Origin: Candidatus Latescibacterota bacterium
Lineage (GTDB): Bacteria; Latescibacterota; UBA2968; UBA8231
Direction: 5' to 3'
Assembly (NCBI GenBank): GCA_965248355.1
Contig: OZ252098.1
Location: 2,784,001 to 2,848,000 of the forward strand
Length of the DNA stretch: 64,000 bases
The notes under the pieces are model-generated. The model saw only the letters and a list, made by a program, of their open reading frames with translations, was not told where the DNA came from and did not search any database. The first letter of the stretch is position 1; each line of letters opens with the position of its first letter. This document shows positions 29,351 through 38,202 of the stretch, in pieces. The position numbers and the translations under genes were made by a program.

Positions 29351-32032
29351 ATGAGTGTGCACCGGGTGCCAGGGTGGGTCGCGAGTCCGGGGTCGGTCCT
29401 GGTCTGGGTCCTGGTCCTGGCGTGGTCCGCGCCGGGTTGGGGTCAGCAGGGATACAGGAGGGAGGCGAACCGCGTGGTCATCGACGCGCCCACGCAATGG
29501 GAGCAGTGGCAGTCGGCCACGGTCGAGGTCACCGATGCGGGGCTGCGGCCCGGCTTCATCCGAAAGAGCACCAGGCTGGAGGTCGACGGCCAGGAGGTCG
29601 TCGTGCCCGGCGTCAACGCGGCCCTCGACGCGGCCGCCTTCGGCGGGGGTGTGAGAGCCGCCGGCTCCGGTGACGAGAGCGCCGGCGCCCTGATGGACGG
29701 CCGCCTGGACACCTGGTGGGAGCCGGACCCGGGCGACCCCGTGCGCGACTGGTGGGTGCAGCTGGATCTGGGGCGGACGGTCTCGGCCACCCGGATCGTC
29801 CTCAAGTTCGTCGACGCGGAGCTGGGCGACCCCTTCCTCCACTTCAAGGTCACCACCTCACAGGGGGAGCTCAGTCTCGGCCTGCCCATCTTCCGGACCC
29901 GCTACACGACCAACACGCCGGTGAAGGGCCAGCGGGTCTTCGAGATCGACCTGAGGACGCAGTCGCCGACGAAGTGGCCCGTCGTGTACGGCGATTTCAC
30001 GGGCGACGTCATCAATCTCGTCGGCATCCAGGCCACCGGCAGCGACTTCGGCAAGGCCAGGCAGGTCTCCGAGTCCGCGTACGAGGGCCTCCCGCCCGAT
30101 CAACAGGGGGACATCGAGTACTACCGGCTGGACGCCCTGGGCCGGCGGCGGCTCCTGGGCGGCAAGGAGGACTGGGACTCCCTGGCCGGCACCGGCCGGC
30201 AAGGGCCGGTGGTCCACTACCGCCGCGAGCGGCCCCGGCTGGCCGAGGTCGAGGTGTGGACGATCGGCGACAACATCGGCCCGGGCGTGCTGGACCGCGG
30301 GGGCACGCTGACCAGCGTGGACAACACCGGCGCCGAGCCGGCCGTCGTGGACGGCCACTTCTTCGGCGAGCTGGCCCACTGGAGCGCCCTCGGCGGCTTC
30401 AATCCGGACAAGGCCTCGGTATTTCAGTCGCAGGACCTGGAGCGCCAGCTGCTCATCGACCTGGGGGGCGCCTTCTTCCTCGACAACATCCGGGTGCTGC
30501 AGAGAAACCAGGGGTTCGGGCACGTCAAGGCCTTCCCCCAGTACCGCATCCAGCTTTCCGACGGCTCGAGGGTCGCCGGCGGCGGCCTGGCCTGGGAGAC
30601 GGTCGGTGCCGCCGAGAACCTCGACAACAGCCACCAACCGACGAGCCACACGTACAACGACTTCAAGTTCCCCCTCACCAAGGCGAAGTACTTCTCCTTC
30701 AGCTACACCCTGTTCCCCAAGCCGGCGGACTCGGGTACCCTGTCCTTCGGCCTGTCGGAGATCCAGTTCTTCGGGGAGGGCTTCATGCCCGAGGTGGAGA
30801 TCGCCTCCGTCTTCGACGGCGATATCCCCTTCATCGAGCTCGGCAGCGGCGCCCGGAACCTGACCACCATCGACTGGGACGCCGACCTGCCGCCGGGCAC
30901 CGGTCTCGTGCTGCAGACGCGTACCGGCGACACCTTCCTGGAGTTGACCCACTACCTGAAGAAGAACGGGGAGCCGTACCCGGGCACCGACGAAGAGGCG
31001 AAGAAAGCCTGGGGAGAGGACAAGAAGTTCTTCGGCGACAACGCCGTGGGGCCCATCGTCACCGAGAAGCTCCCCGGCAGCGACTGGAGCGGCTGGAGCC
31101 AGCCCTACGAGAGATCCGGCGACCGGATCACCTCGCCCAGCCCGCGGCGCTACGTCGCCATCCGCGCCGTACTCCTCACCGAGGATCCGCTGGCGGCACC
31201 CACCCTGCGCTCGGTGGCGCTGAACTTCGCGCGCCCCGTGGCCAGGAGCCTGATCGCCGAGGTCCTGCCCGCCCGCCTGGAGGAGATCGGCAGCCGGCAG
31301 GCGTTCTCCTACCTCCTCCGCTCGACCTTCGAGGGGGACAGCCGAGGCTTCGACGAGATCCTGCTCGAGGGGCCCGAGGGACTGGAGATGGACCTCGAGC
31401 GGGTCGTCGTCGAGGCCGGCGAGGAGCCCCCGCTCACCTACGAAGCCGGCGACGAGCAGCTCGAGGTGCTGGTGGACGGCTCCGACTCCCTGTGGGTCCG
31501 CCTGCCGGCGCCGGTCGAGGCCGCGGCCGGCGTGGCGCGGGTCGAGCTGCTGTTCGAATGCACTCCCTACACCTACAACAGCTACTTCACCGGCTCCGTC
31601 CGACACTCCGGCTTCCCCGGCTCCTGGCAGGGGGTCGAGGACGGCGACGCCAACGGGATCACGGACAGCGAGACGACGATCGTCCTGGCCTTGCAGCGCG
31701 GCGACGTGCTGGGAGCCGTAGGGCTCTCCAGTGAGGTCGTCACCCCGAACGGCGACGGCGCCAACGACGACCTGGAGGTCCGTTTCTCCCTGATGCGCAT
31801 CAGCGCGCCGGCGCCGGCCACGGTGGCGATCTACGACCTGGGCGGCCGGCTCGTGAAGACCCTCTGGGACGAGCCCCTCCCGGCGGGAGGTCACACCGTC
31901 GCCTGGAAGGGCCTCGACGCCTCGGGTGCCTTCGTGCCACCGGGGATCTACCTGTTGCGGGTCGCCATCGATCTCGACTCCGGGTCCGGCGGCAGCACCC
32001 GGGCCCACCGGCTCGTGCATGTCGCCTACTGA
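29351..32032 (+). CDS. Secreted protein with two discoidin-like domains and C-terminal FlgD-Ig/PNGDGxND domain (paralogue B)
   Basis: Signal peptide; MDGRLDTWW...VQLDLG; LIDLGG; WSGWS...SPSPRRY; TPNGDGAND; IYDLGGRLVK; GIYLLRV. Confidence 0.75.
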   Translation: MSVHRVPGWVASPGSVLVWVLVLAWSAPGWGQQGYRREANRVVIDAPTQWEQWQSATVEVTDAGLRPGFIRKSTRLEVDGQEVVVPGVNAALDAAAFGGGVRAAGSGDESAGALMDGRLDTWWEPDPGDPVRDWWVQLDLGRTVSATRIVLKFVDAELGDPFLHFKVTTSQGELSLGLPIFRTRYTTNTPVKGQRVFEIDLRTQSPTKWPVVYGDFTGDVINLVGIQATGSDFGKARQVSESAYEGLPPDQQGDIEYYRLDALGRRRLLGGKEDWDSLAGTGRQGPVVHYRRERPRLAEVEVWTIGDNIGPGVLDRGGTLTSVDNTGAEPAVVDGHFFGELAHWSALGGFNPDKASVFQSQDLERQLLIDLGGAFFLDNIRVLQRNQGFGHVKAFPQYRIQLSDGSRVAGGGLAWETVGAAENLDNSHQPTSHTYNDFKFPLTKAKYFSFSYTLFPKPADSGTLSFGLSEIQFFGEGFMPEVEIASVFDGDIPFIELGSGARNLTTIDWDADLPPGTGLVLQTRTGDTFLELTHYLKKNGEPYPGTDEEAKKAWGEDKKFFGDNAVGPIVTEKLPGSDWSGWSQPYERSGDRITSPSPRRYVAIRAVLLTEDPLAAPTLRSVALNFARPVARSLIAEVLPARLEEIGSRQAFSYLLRSTFEGDSRGFDEILLEGPEGLEMDLERVVVEAGEEPPLTYEAGDEQLEVLVDGSDSLWVRLPAPVEAAAGVARVELLFECTPYTYNSYFTGSVRHSGFPGSWQGVEDGDANGITDSETTIVLALQRGDVLGAVGLSSEVVTPNGDGANDDLEVRFSLMRISAPAPATVAIYDLGGRLVKTLWDEPLPAGGHTVAWKGLDASGAFVPPGIYLLRVAIDLDSGSGGSTRAHRLVHVAY

Positions 32033-33791
32033 TCGCGCCCGCACGGGCACCGGCAGACGGCCCATCCTGGCGACCCGGGCCGCATCGCGTCGGACAGCCG
32101 TGATCTCCGTCTTCGCCCTCGGACTGGCGGCGGCACCCGCCGCCGCCGAGACGGTCGTCATCGGCGGCCACGGCCCGGGCTCGCGGACCTGGAGCGAGAG
32201 CCGATCGGTGGTCTCGGTCATAGACTTCGACACGAACCCCGGCTTCATACAGCCGTCCCGGCACGGGCCCGAGGACAACATCGCCCTGAACCTGCTGGAG
32301 CGCGGCGGCAGGATCACCTCGCCGAATGCGCGGGTGGTCCTCGAGATCTCCCAGGCCGACCTGGACATTCTGCTGAGCAACATGGTGGACGGCGGCAACG
32401 AGGCCTTCGTGATCCCGGGGGTGGAAACGAGGGGGATCATCTTCCGGGTCGACCTGGGGGAGCGCTTCGGGGTCAACCGGATCCGGTTCTACCCGCGCGA
32501 GGGTTCCGAGGAGGTGTATCTGCGGGGCTACCGGGTTTCGCTGAACGACGGCAGCGAGGAGCAGACGACTCTCGGGGGGCAGCCGAAGATGAGGCTGTTC
32601 ACCGCCGACGACCGCAACTCGGACCCCGTCGTCGACCTCCCCGTCCCGTTGCAGTTCGTGCGTTTCATCGAGGTCCAGCAACTCGTGAGGGGAGCGTGGG
32701 AGATCGACGAGTTCGAGGTCTTCGGCGAAGGCTTCCCCTCGTCGGCGTCGTATCTCTCGGCGGTCTTCGACCAGGGAGAGCCCGCCGTCTTCGGCAGCCT
32801 CTTGTGGGCCGACCAGGTCATCGGTGAGCCGACCAAGGTGAAGGCCACCGTCTCGACGCGCAGCGGCACGACGCCCGATCCCGGCGACACCCTCGCCTGG
32901 AGCGGCTGGTCGCCGCCGTACCCGGCGGGGGTGCCCACGGCCGTCGCCTCACCGGCCCCCCGGCGGTACTGGCAGTTCCACGTCCAACTCCGGAGCACGG
33001 AGATCCTCTCGGCGGCGCTGGTCGACTCCATCGCCGTCGAGGTCTCTCCCGCCCTGGCCGATTCCCTGGTGGCGGAGGTGTGGCCCCAGGAGGCCCTGAT
33101 CGGGCGGACGACCGAGCTGACCTACTGGGTGCGCAGCTACAACAGCCGCGGCTTCGACCAGCTCGACATCGAGACGCAGGCGCCGGTGGAGGTCATCCGA
33201 TCCGTCCAGATCGACGGCAGCGACGTGGCGGCGTGGGACAAGGCGGACATCGACGGCGGCGTCCGGATCAGCTTCCCGAGGATCACCGGCGGCCGGGTGC
33301 TGCGCGTCGTCTTCGAGAGCATCGCCTTGCGATACAATACCGTCTTCACCGGCAGGGTCTCCGACAGCCGGAGACCGCAGGACCTGCCGCAGGCGCTCGT
33401 CCCGGGAGACGTGGCCGCCGACCCCGCCGCCGAGGGCGACGACCTGTCGGTCACCACCCGGTTCGCCGGCCACCCCATCCACGCCGTCGAGGTCGATCCG
33501 GCGCCGTTCTCGCCCAACGGCGACGGTGTCAACGACGAGGCCACGATCACCTACGACATCGTCAACCTGACGACCCGTGTCCCCGTCTCGGCGGTCGTCT
33601 ACGACCTGGCGGGCCGGCGCCGGAAAGTCGTCTACTCCGGCCTCGACGGCAGCGGCCGGTTCGGGAGGCCCTGGGATGGGACCGACGACGCCGGACGGAC
33701 GCTGCCGCCGGGGTTGTACCTGGTGCGCGTGGAGATCGATGCGGACACGGGGACCGAGAGCCGGACGGCGATCGTGCCCGTCGTCTACTGA
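32019..33791 (+). CDS. Secreted protein with discoidin-like domain and C-terminal FlgD-Ig/PNGDGxND domain (paralogue C); start may be GTG 32100
   Basis: Signal peptide ending AAA; RVDLGERF; WSGWS...SPAPRRYWQ; PFSPNGDGVND; WDGTD; GLYLVRV. Confidence 0.75.
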   Translation: MSPTDRARTGTGRRPILATRAASRRTAVISVFALGLAAAPAAAETVVIGGHGPGSRTWSESRSVVSVIDFDTNPGFIQPSRHGPEDNIALNLLERGGRITSPNARVVLEISQADLDILLSNMVDGGNEAFVIPGVETRGIIFRVDLGERFGVNRIRFYPREGSEEVYLRGYRVSLNDGSEEQTTLGGQPKMRLFTADDRNSDPVVDLPVPLQFVRFIEVQQLVRGAWEIDEFEVFGEGFPSSASYLSAVFDQGEPAVFGSLLWADQVIGEPTKVKATVSTRSGTTPDPGDTLAWSGWSPPYPAGVPTAVASPAPRRYWQFHVQLRSTEILSAALVDSIAVEVSPALADSLVAEVWPQEALIGRTTELTYWVRSYNSRGFDQLDIETQAPVEVIRSVQIDGSDVAAWDKADIDGGVRISFPRITGGRVLRVVFESIALRYNTVFTGRVSDSRRPQDLPQALVPGDVAADPAAEGDDLSVTTRFAGHPIHAVEVDPAPFSPNGDGVNDEATITYDIVNLTTRVPVSAVVYDLAGRRRKVVYSGLDGSGRFGRPWDGTDDAGRTLPPGLYLVRVEIDADTGTESRTAIVPVVY

Positions 33792-33824
33792 ACGATCATT
33801 CAAAGGCAGGCAGGGGGGATCGCA

Positions 33825-36533
33825 ATGATGGCCGGTCACGCAGTTCGGGTCATGATGTGTGCGTCACGGTCGCCGGCCATCGGCTGCGCCGTGGTCCTGG
33901 CGCTGGCGCTGGCCTGTACGGAAGCCGATGCGCAGGGGCTCGACCGCCGGCTGACGGGTACCCGCGTAGCCGGCGAGCTCACCTTCCAGCCCACGGGGCC
34001 GGGCGTCCTCTTCGGGGCCCTCGACCCGGCGGTCCGGAAGTGGTACGTGCCGCAGGAGCTGTACCACGATTACCGGTGGAAGTCGTGGGAGTACACCAAC
34101 TACGCCAGGGATCTCTACCAGCGCTACGTGAGCATCAACCGGGAGGGCGACACCTTCTACGACCTCTACGGCAACTACGTCACCCGGGGTTGGCTGATCT
34201 ACGACTGGAGCCAGACGCAGCCGCAGCAGGACGGCAGCAACGTCTGGAAGAGCGCCTATTACGGGAGCTTCTTCAGCAACCTCGTCGTCGCCGCCGACCA
34301 GAAGGGACAGAACCACCTGGCCATCACCATCGGCAACGAAATCCGCTCGACCTTGACGCCCATGACGTTCTCGAAGCCGGCCTTCGACGGCATGCAGATC
34401 GACTACCAGTCCGACAAGTACGAGGTCACGGCGCTGCTGGCGCGCATCAGCTCCCCCGGGGCCGCCGGCCACCGCAACCCGTCGGTGCAGGAGACGACCA
34501 CCTCGACGACGTTGACCGGCGGACGCGCCACGGCCCAGGTGGGCGACTTCGTGAAGCTGGGCGGCACCTACGCGAGCGCCCACAACTCCACCCAGCTCCT
34601 CGACGCCTTCGACGGGAGCCCGCGGAGCGGCTCGATCGTGGGGAGCCAGAACGCCCAGAACATCACCCAGGTCTTCCTGCGGCTCTCGGACGACTCCCCC
34701 GAGGACGACGAAGGCGGTGTGAACCTGTTCGCGTGGGACGTGGTGATCAAGGCCGATGTGGAGCAGGTGGGACCCGATGGAGAGCTGATCGTGGAGAGGG
34801 AGGTCGTGCGCGCGAGCGAGGTGGGCCTGACCGCGACCCCCGAGGGGGGGTTTCAGCGGCTGGGCTACGTGGAGGCGAGCGGCTCCGAGCAGATCGAGCT
34901 GGTCTACGACTTCGCCCTCGCCACCTACCGGGGCCCCGATCCCTCACAGATCAGGGAGCTCACCTTCGAGCTGGCCGTTGCCAACGACTACCGGATCGAG
35001 ATCGCCTCGGACCGGCAGACCGACCGGGCGGGCGACCCCGTCTACCTCCTGGCGGCCCGGGCCGACGGCAACGTCAAGGACGGCTCGAACCTGAGGCTCC
35101 TGCAGGTCCCCTACGGGCTGCCGACGGCGACGGAGATCTTCGGTTTCACCGTGGAGGTGCAGAACCTGAGGGGGTTCAAGCTCTACGGTGAGTGGGACCG
35201 GAGCATAAGTCACCGGAAGTACCCGAACCGGGCCCACACGCGCCACCTGGGGTCCGCCAGCGAAGGCGACGCCTGGATGGTGAACCTGTCGAAGATCGCC
35301 TATCCGTGGTTCGCCTTCGGCGAGGCCTACAGCATGGACCACGACTACAACACCAGCGCCTTCCTGGCCCGCGGCGGGCAGAGCATCGACTACTCCGACA
35401 AGGGCCAGTTCTACTACGAGCTCGTCGATGACAACGACGATCAGGACCGCTACCCGGACTGGCAGCGGATCTACGAGAGCGCCGACTTCGAGATCTTCCC
35501 GGGCTACGACGAGAACGTCGACTTCGTCTCCGACTTCAACCAGAACTCCACCAGGGACCTGCCCAACCTGGTGCCCGACTACGAGGAACCCTTCCTGCGG
35601 TTCACCACCGACCGGCCCGAGTTCCTCTTCGGCGTCGACATGAACAACAACCTCTGGGTCGACCGCTTCGAGAACGACGACGAACCCGACTTCCCCTATG
35701 GCCGGGACCTGCGCGGACACAACGTCTACGCGGGCGCCGACCTGGTCCCGAAGGTCAGGTTCACCCTCGGCCGGACGGCCGAGAGCCTGATCGCCGGCGA
35801 CGGCGACAACAGGACGAACTACGCCTTCTTCACCGTGGAGCAGGACTACGCCGGCCTCGGCAAGCTCCGGTTCTTCGAGAGCTTTCGCCTCGCCCGGGAC
35901 AACATCGCCAACGACCTGCGGCAGTGGTCCGAGGTCGACCGGGGCAACGTGCCGACCATCGATCCCCTGGCGGCCCGGGACACCTGGATCAACTCGACCT
36001 TCTTCAGCTTCGACTACACCCGGATCGATGACCTGACCCTGACCACGAAGGCGAAGTACGACCGCTGGCTCCAGCGGGAGGAGCGGCCGGATCTGCGGGA
36101 CGACTCCTCCTTCTTCGGCTTGATCAACAAGATCGACCACGAGCGCCGCGTCGCCCACGTGATCCTTCAGCCGCGGTTGAAGAACGAGCTGCGCCTGGAG
36201 TCGCCGGCGCTGAAGTCCGACGCCAGGCGCCGCGAGGATACGCTGCTGCTGTCGTTGCTGGCGCGCTGGCCGCTGCTCGACGTGTCGTCCATGCAGGTGG
36301 GCGTGGAGTACACGATCTTCAACCAGTTGCGGGAGTCCGGCACGGCCGTCAGGGAGGGTCTCCTCGACGACTTCACGGAGATCGTCGGCGCGGTGCAGTT
36401 CTCGACCGCCCCCAGCTACCAGGGCTACAGGCTGCACACCAAGATGGGCCTGCGGCTGACGCGGCGAGCGATCGGCGGCGAGACGGAATCCGGCAAGGTG
36501 GCCTTCGCCACCGTCTACGCCGGTCTGCAATAG
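33825..36533 (+). CDS. Large exported protein, putative outer-membrane beta-barrel with acidic Ca-binding-like loops
   Basis: Signal peptide; aromatic-rich alternating strands in the C-terminal third ending ATVYAGLQ; DDNDDQDRYPD, DENVDFVSD, DMNNNLWVD. Confidence 0.55.
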   Translation: MMAGHAVRVMMCASRSPAIGCAVVLALALACTEADAQGLDRRLTGTRVAGELTFQPTGPGVLFGALDPAVRKWYVPQELYHDYRWKSWEYTNYARDLYQRYVSINREGDTFYDLYGNYVTRGWLIYDWSQTQPQQDGSNVWKSAYYGSFFSNLVVAADQKGQNHLAITIGNEIRSTLTPMTFSKPAFDGMQIDYQSDKYEVTALLARISSPGAAGHRNPSVQETTTSTTLTGGRATAQVGDFVKLGGTYASAHNSTQLLDAFDGSPRSGSIVGSQNAQNITQVFLRLSDDSPEDDEGGVNLFAWDVVIKADVEQVGPDGELIVEREVVRASEVGLTATPEGGFQRLGYVEASGSEQIELVYDFALATYRGPDPSQIRELTFELAVANDYRIEIASDRQTDRAGDPVYLLAARADGNVKDGSNLRLLQVPYGLPTATEIFGFTVEVQNLRGFKLYGEWDRSISHRKYPNRAHTRHLGSASEGDAWMVNLSKIAYPWFAFGEAYSMDHDYNTSAFLARGGQSIDYSDKGQFYYELVDDNDDQDRYPDWQRIYESADFEIFPGYDENVDFVSDFNQNSTRDLPNLVPDYEEPFLRFTTDRPEFLFGVDMNNNLWVDRFENDDEPDFPYGRDLRGHNVYAGADLVPKVRFTLGRTAESLIAGDGDNRTNYAFFTVEQDYAGLGKLRFFESFRLARDNIANDLRQWSEVDRGNVPTIDPLAARDTWINSTFFSFDYTRIDDLTLTTKAKYDRWLQREERPDLRDDSSFFGLINKIDHERRVAHVILQPRLKNELRLESPALKSDARRREDTLLLSLLARWPLLDVSSMQVGVEYTIFNQLRESGTAVREGLLDDFTEIVGAVQFSTAPSYQGYRLHTKMGLRLTRRAIGGETESGKVAFATVYAGLQ

Positions 36534-36543
36534 AAAGAGAGAG

Positions 36544-38199
36544 ATGGAGCGTCGAATAGCGAGCGGCCGCGGCCGCTCCCGGGTGGCGGGGCCCCTGTCC
36601 GTCCTGGGGGCCGCTGTCATCCTGTGGAGCGGTTGCGCACGGGAGGAGACCGGGGTGGTGGCCAGGGTCGGGGACAGGGCGATCACCGCCGAGGACGTGC
36701 GGGGTCTCATGGCCAGCCAGCCGGAGAAGGCCCGGGAGGCCGACCCGGTGATGGAGCACCTGCAGACCCTCGTCGACATGGAGCTGCTGCTGCTGGAGGC
36801 GAAGAAGGAGCGCATCGGTGACAGCCCCTTCTTCCTGCGCCGTACCGGCCGCGCCCGGCGGGACAAGCTCGTGGACGCCCTCGAGGCGCGCCGTCTCGAC
36901 GTCACGGTCGCTGACGACGAGGTGGCCCGGTACATCGAAAGGGAGGGCTACAACCGCGCGATGCAGTTGGCGGACATCATGGTCCCGGACCGGGAGACGG
37001 CGGCGCGTGTCCTGCAGCTGATCGAGCAGGGCGCCGACTTCGCCGACGTCGCCCGGAGGTGGTCCGTCAACAAGGAGACGGCCGCCCGGGGCGGCGACAT
37101 GGGCCGGTTCGCGACCCGGCAACAGGTGGTCCCGGTCCTGGCCGGCGAGCTGTTCACCTTGCCCGTGGGCTCGGTGACGAAGCCGATGCGGGTGGGGAAG
37201 GTCTACTCGGTCTTCAAGATCCTCGCCGAGTCCTCCTTCGAGCCGACGCCGCAGCAGCGGCAGTTGGTGGCGCAGGAACTGCAGCGGAGCAAGCTGCAGG
37301 CGGCGAGGGACTCCCTGGTCGCCGCCCTGGGGCAGGAGTACCGCCTGGAGAGGGATGAGGACGGCCTGGCCGGGTTCGTCGAGGCCCTGGGGCGCGGCGC
37401 CGAGGCCGCCGGCGACCGGGTCCTCTACCGCTACGACGGCGGCGAGATCAAGGCGGCCGACGTCGTCGAGGCGGCCAGGAGCATCAGGGGGGACATCCTG
37501 GCCGGCGTCGGTGACGCCGGGGAGTTGGCGGCCCTCGTGGAGCGGTGGGTGGTGCCCGATGTCCTGCTGATGGAGGCCGCTCTCCGCGAGGGGATCGACC
37601 GCGAGGACGAGATCGTCCGGTGGCTCGCAGAGTTGCGGAGGCAGACGCTGATCATGGGACTCCGGGGGCGGGTCCTGCAGCAGAGGGCGAAGGTCACCGA
37701 CACCGAGGTGCGGCAGTACTTCGAGGCCAACCGGGACCGCTTCCTGCACCCGGAGCAGATCGAGGTGGAGGAGATCCTCGTGGAGACCGAGTCCAGTGCG
37801 GCCGACCTGCGGCGCCGGATCGAGGCGGGCGCCGACTTCGGAGCCCTGGCCCGGGAGCACTCGGTGCGGTCGCTGGAGATCCGCGACGAAGAGGGTCGAT
37901 TCCACGTGCACCAGTACGAGGCGCCGCGGTTCGGGGGCTTCGTGGAAGCCGTCGTCGAGGCCGGGACCGGGGACTTGACCGGACCGGTCGAGGTCGAGGA
38001 GGGCTACTCCGTCTTCCGCATCCTGTCGCGGGAGCGGCGGCGCGAGACCTGGGAGGAGGCCAGGGCGCGGGCCACCTCCCAGCTCCGCCGGCGGACCCAG
38101 CGGCAGGCCTTCAACGAGTACCTGGAGGAACTGCGGGAGCGCTACGACTCGCAGGTCGAGATCCGCTCCGACGCCCTCGAGGCCGCCTTCGCGGGCTGA
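36544..38199 (+). CDS. Parvulin-type peptidyl-prolyl isomerase lipoprotein (PrsA/SurA-like, two rotamase domains)
   Basis: Lipobox LWSGC; GADFADVARRWS...GGDMG; GADFGALAREHS...GPVEVEEGYSVF. Confidence 0.8.
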   Translation: MERRIASGRGRSRVAGPLSVLGAAVILWSGCAREETGVVARVGDRAITAEDVRGLMASQPEKAREADPVMEHLQTLVDMELLLLEAKKERIGDSPFFLRRTGRARRDKLVDALEARRLDVTVADDEVARYIEREGYNRAMQLADIMVPDRETAARVLQLIEQGADFADVARRWSVNKETAARGGDMGRFATRQQVVPVLAGELFTLPVGSVTKPMRVGKVYSVFKILAESSFEPTPQQRQLVAQELQRSKLQAARDSLVAALGQEYRLERDEDGLAGFVEALGRGAEAAGDRVLYRYDGGEIKAADVVEAARSIRGDILAGVGDAGELAALVERWVVPDVLLMEAALREGIDREDEIVRWLAELRRQTLIMGLRGRVLQQRAKVTDTEVRQYFEANRDRFLHPEQIEVEEILVETESSAADLRRRIEAGADFGALAREHSVRSLEIRDEEGRFHVHQYEAPRFGGFVEAVVEAGTGDLTGPVEVEEGYSVFRILSRERRRETWEEARARATSQLRRRTQRQAFNEYLEELRERYDSQVEIRSDALEAAFAG

Positions 38200-38202
38200 T
38201 CC

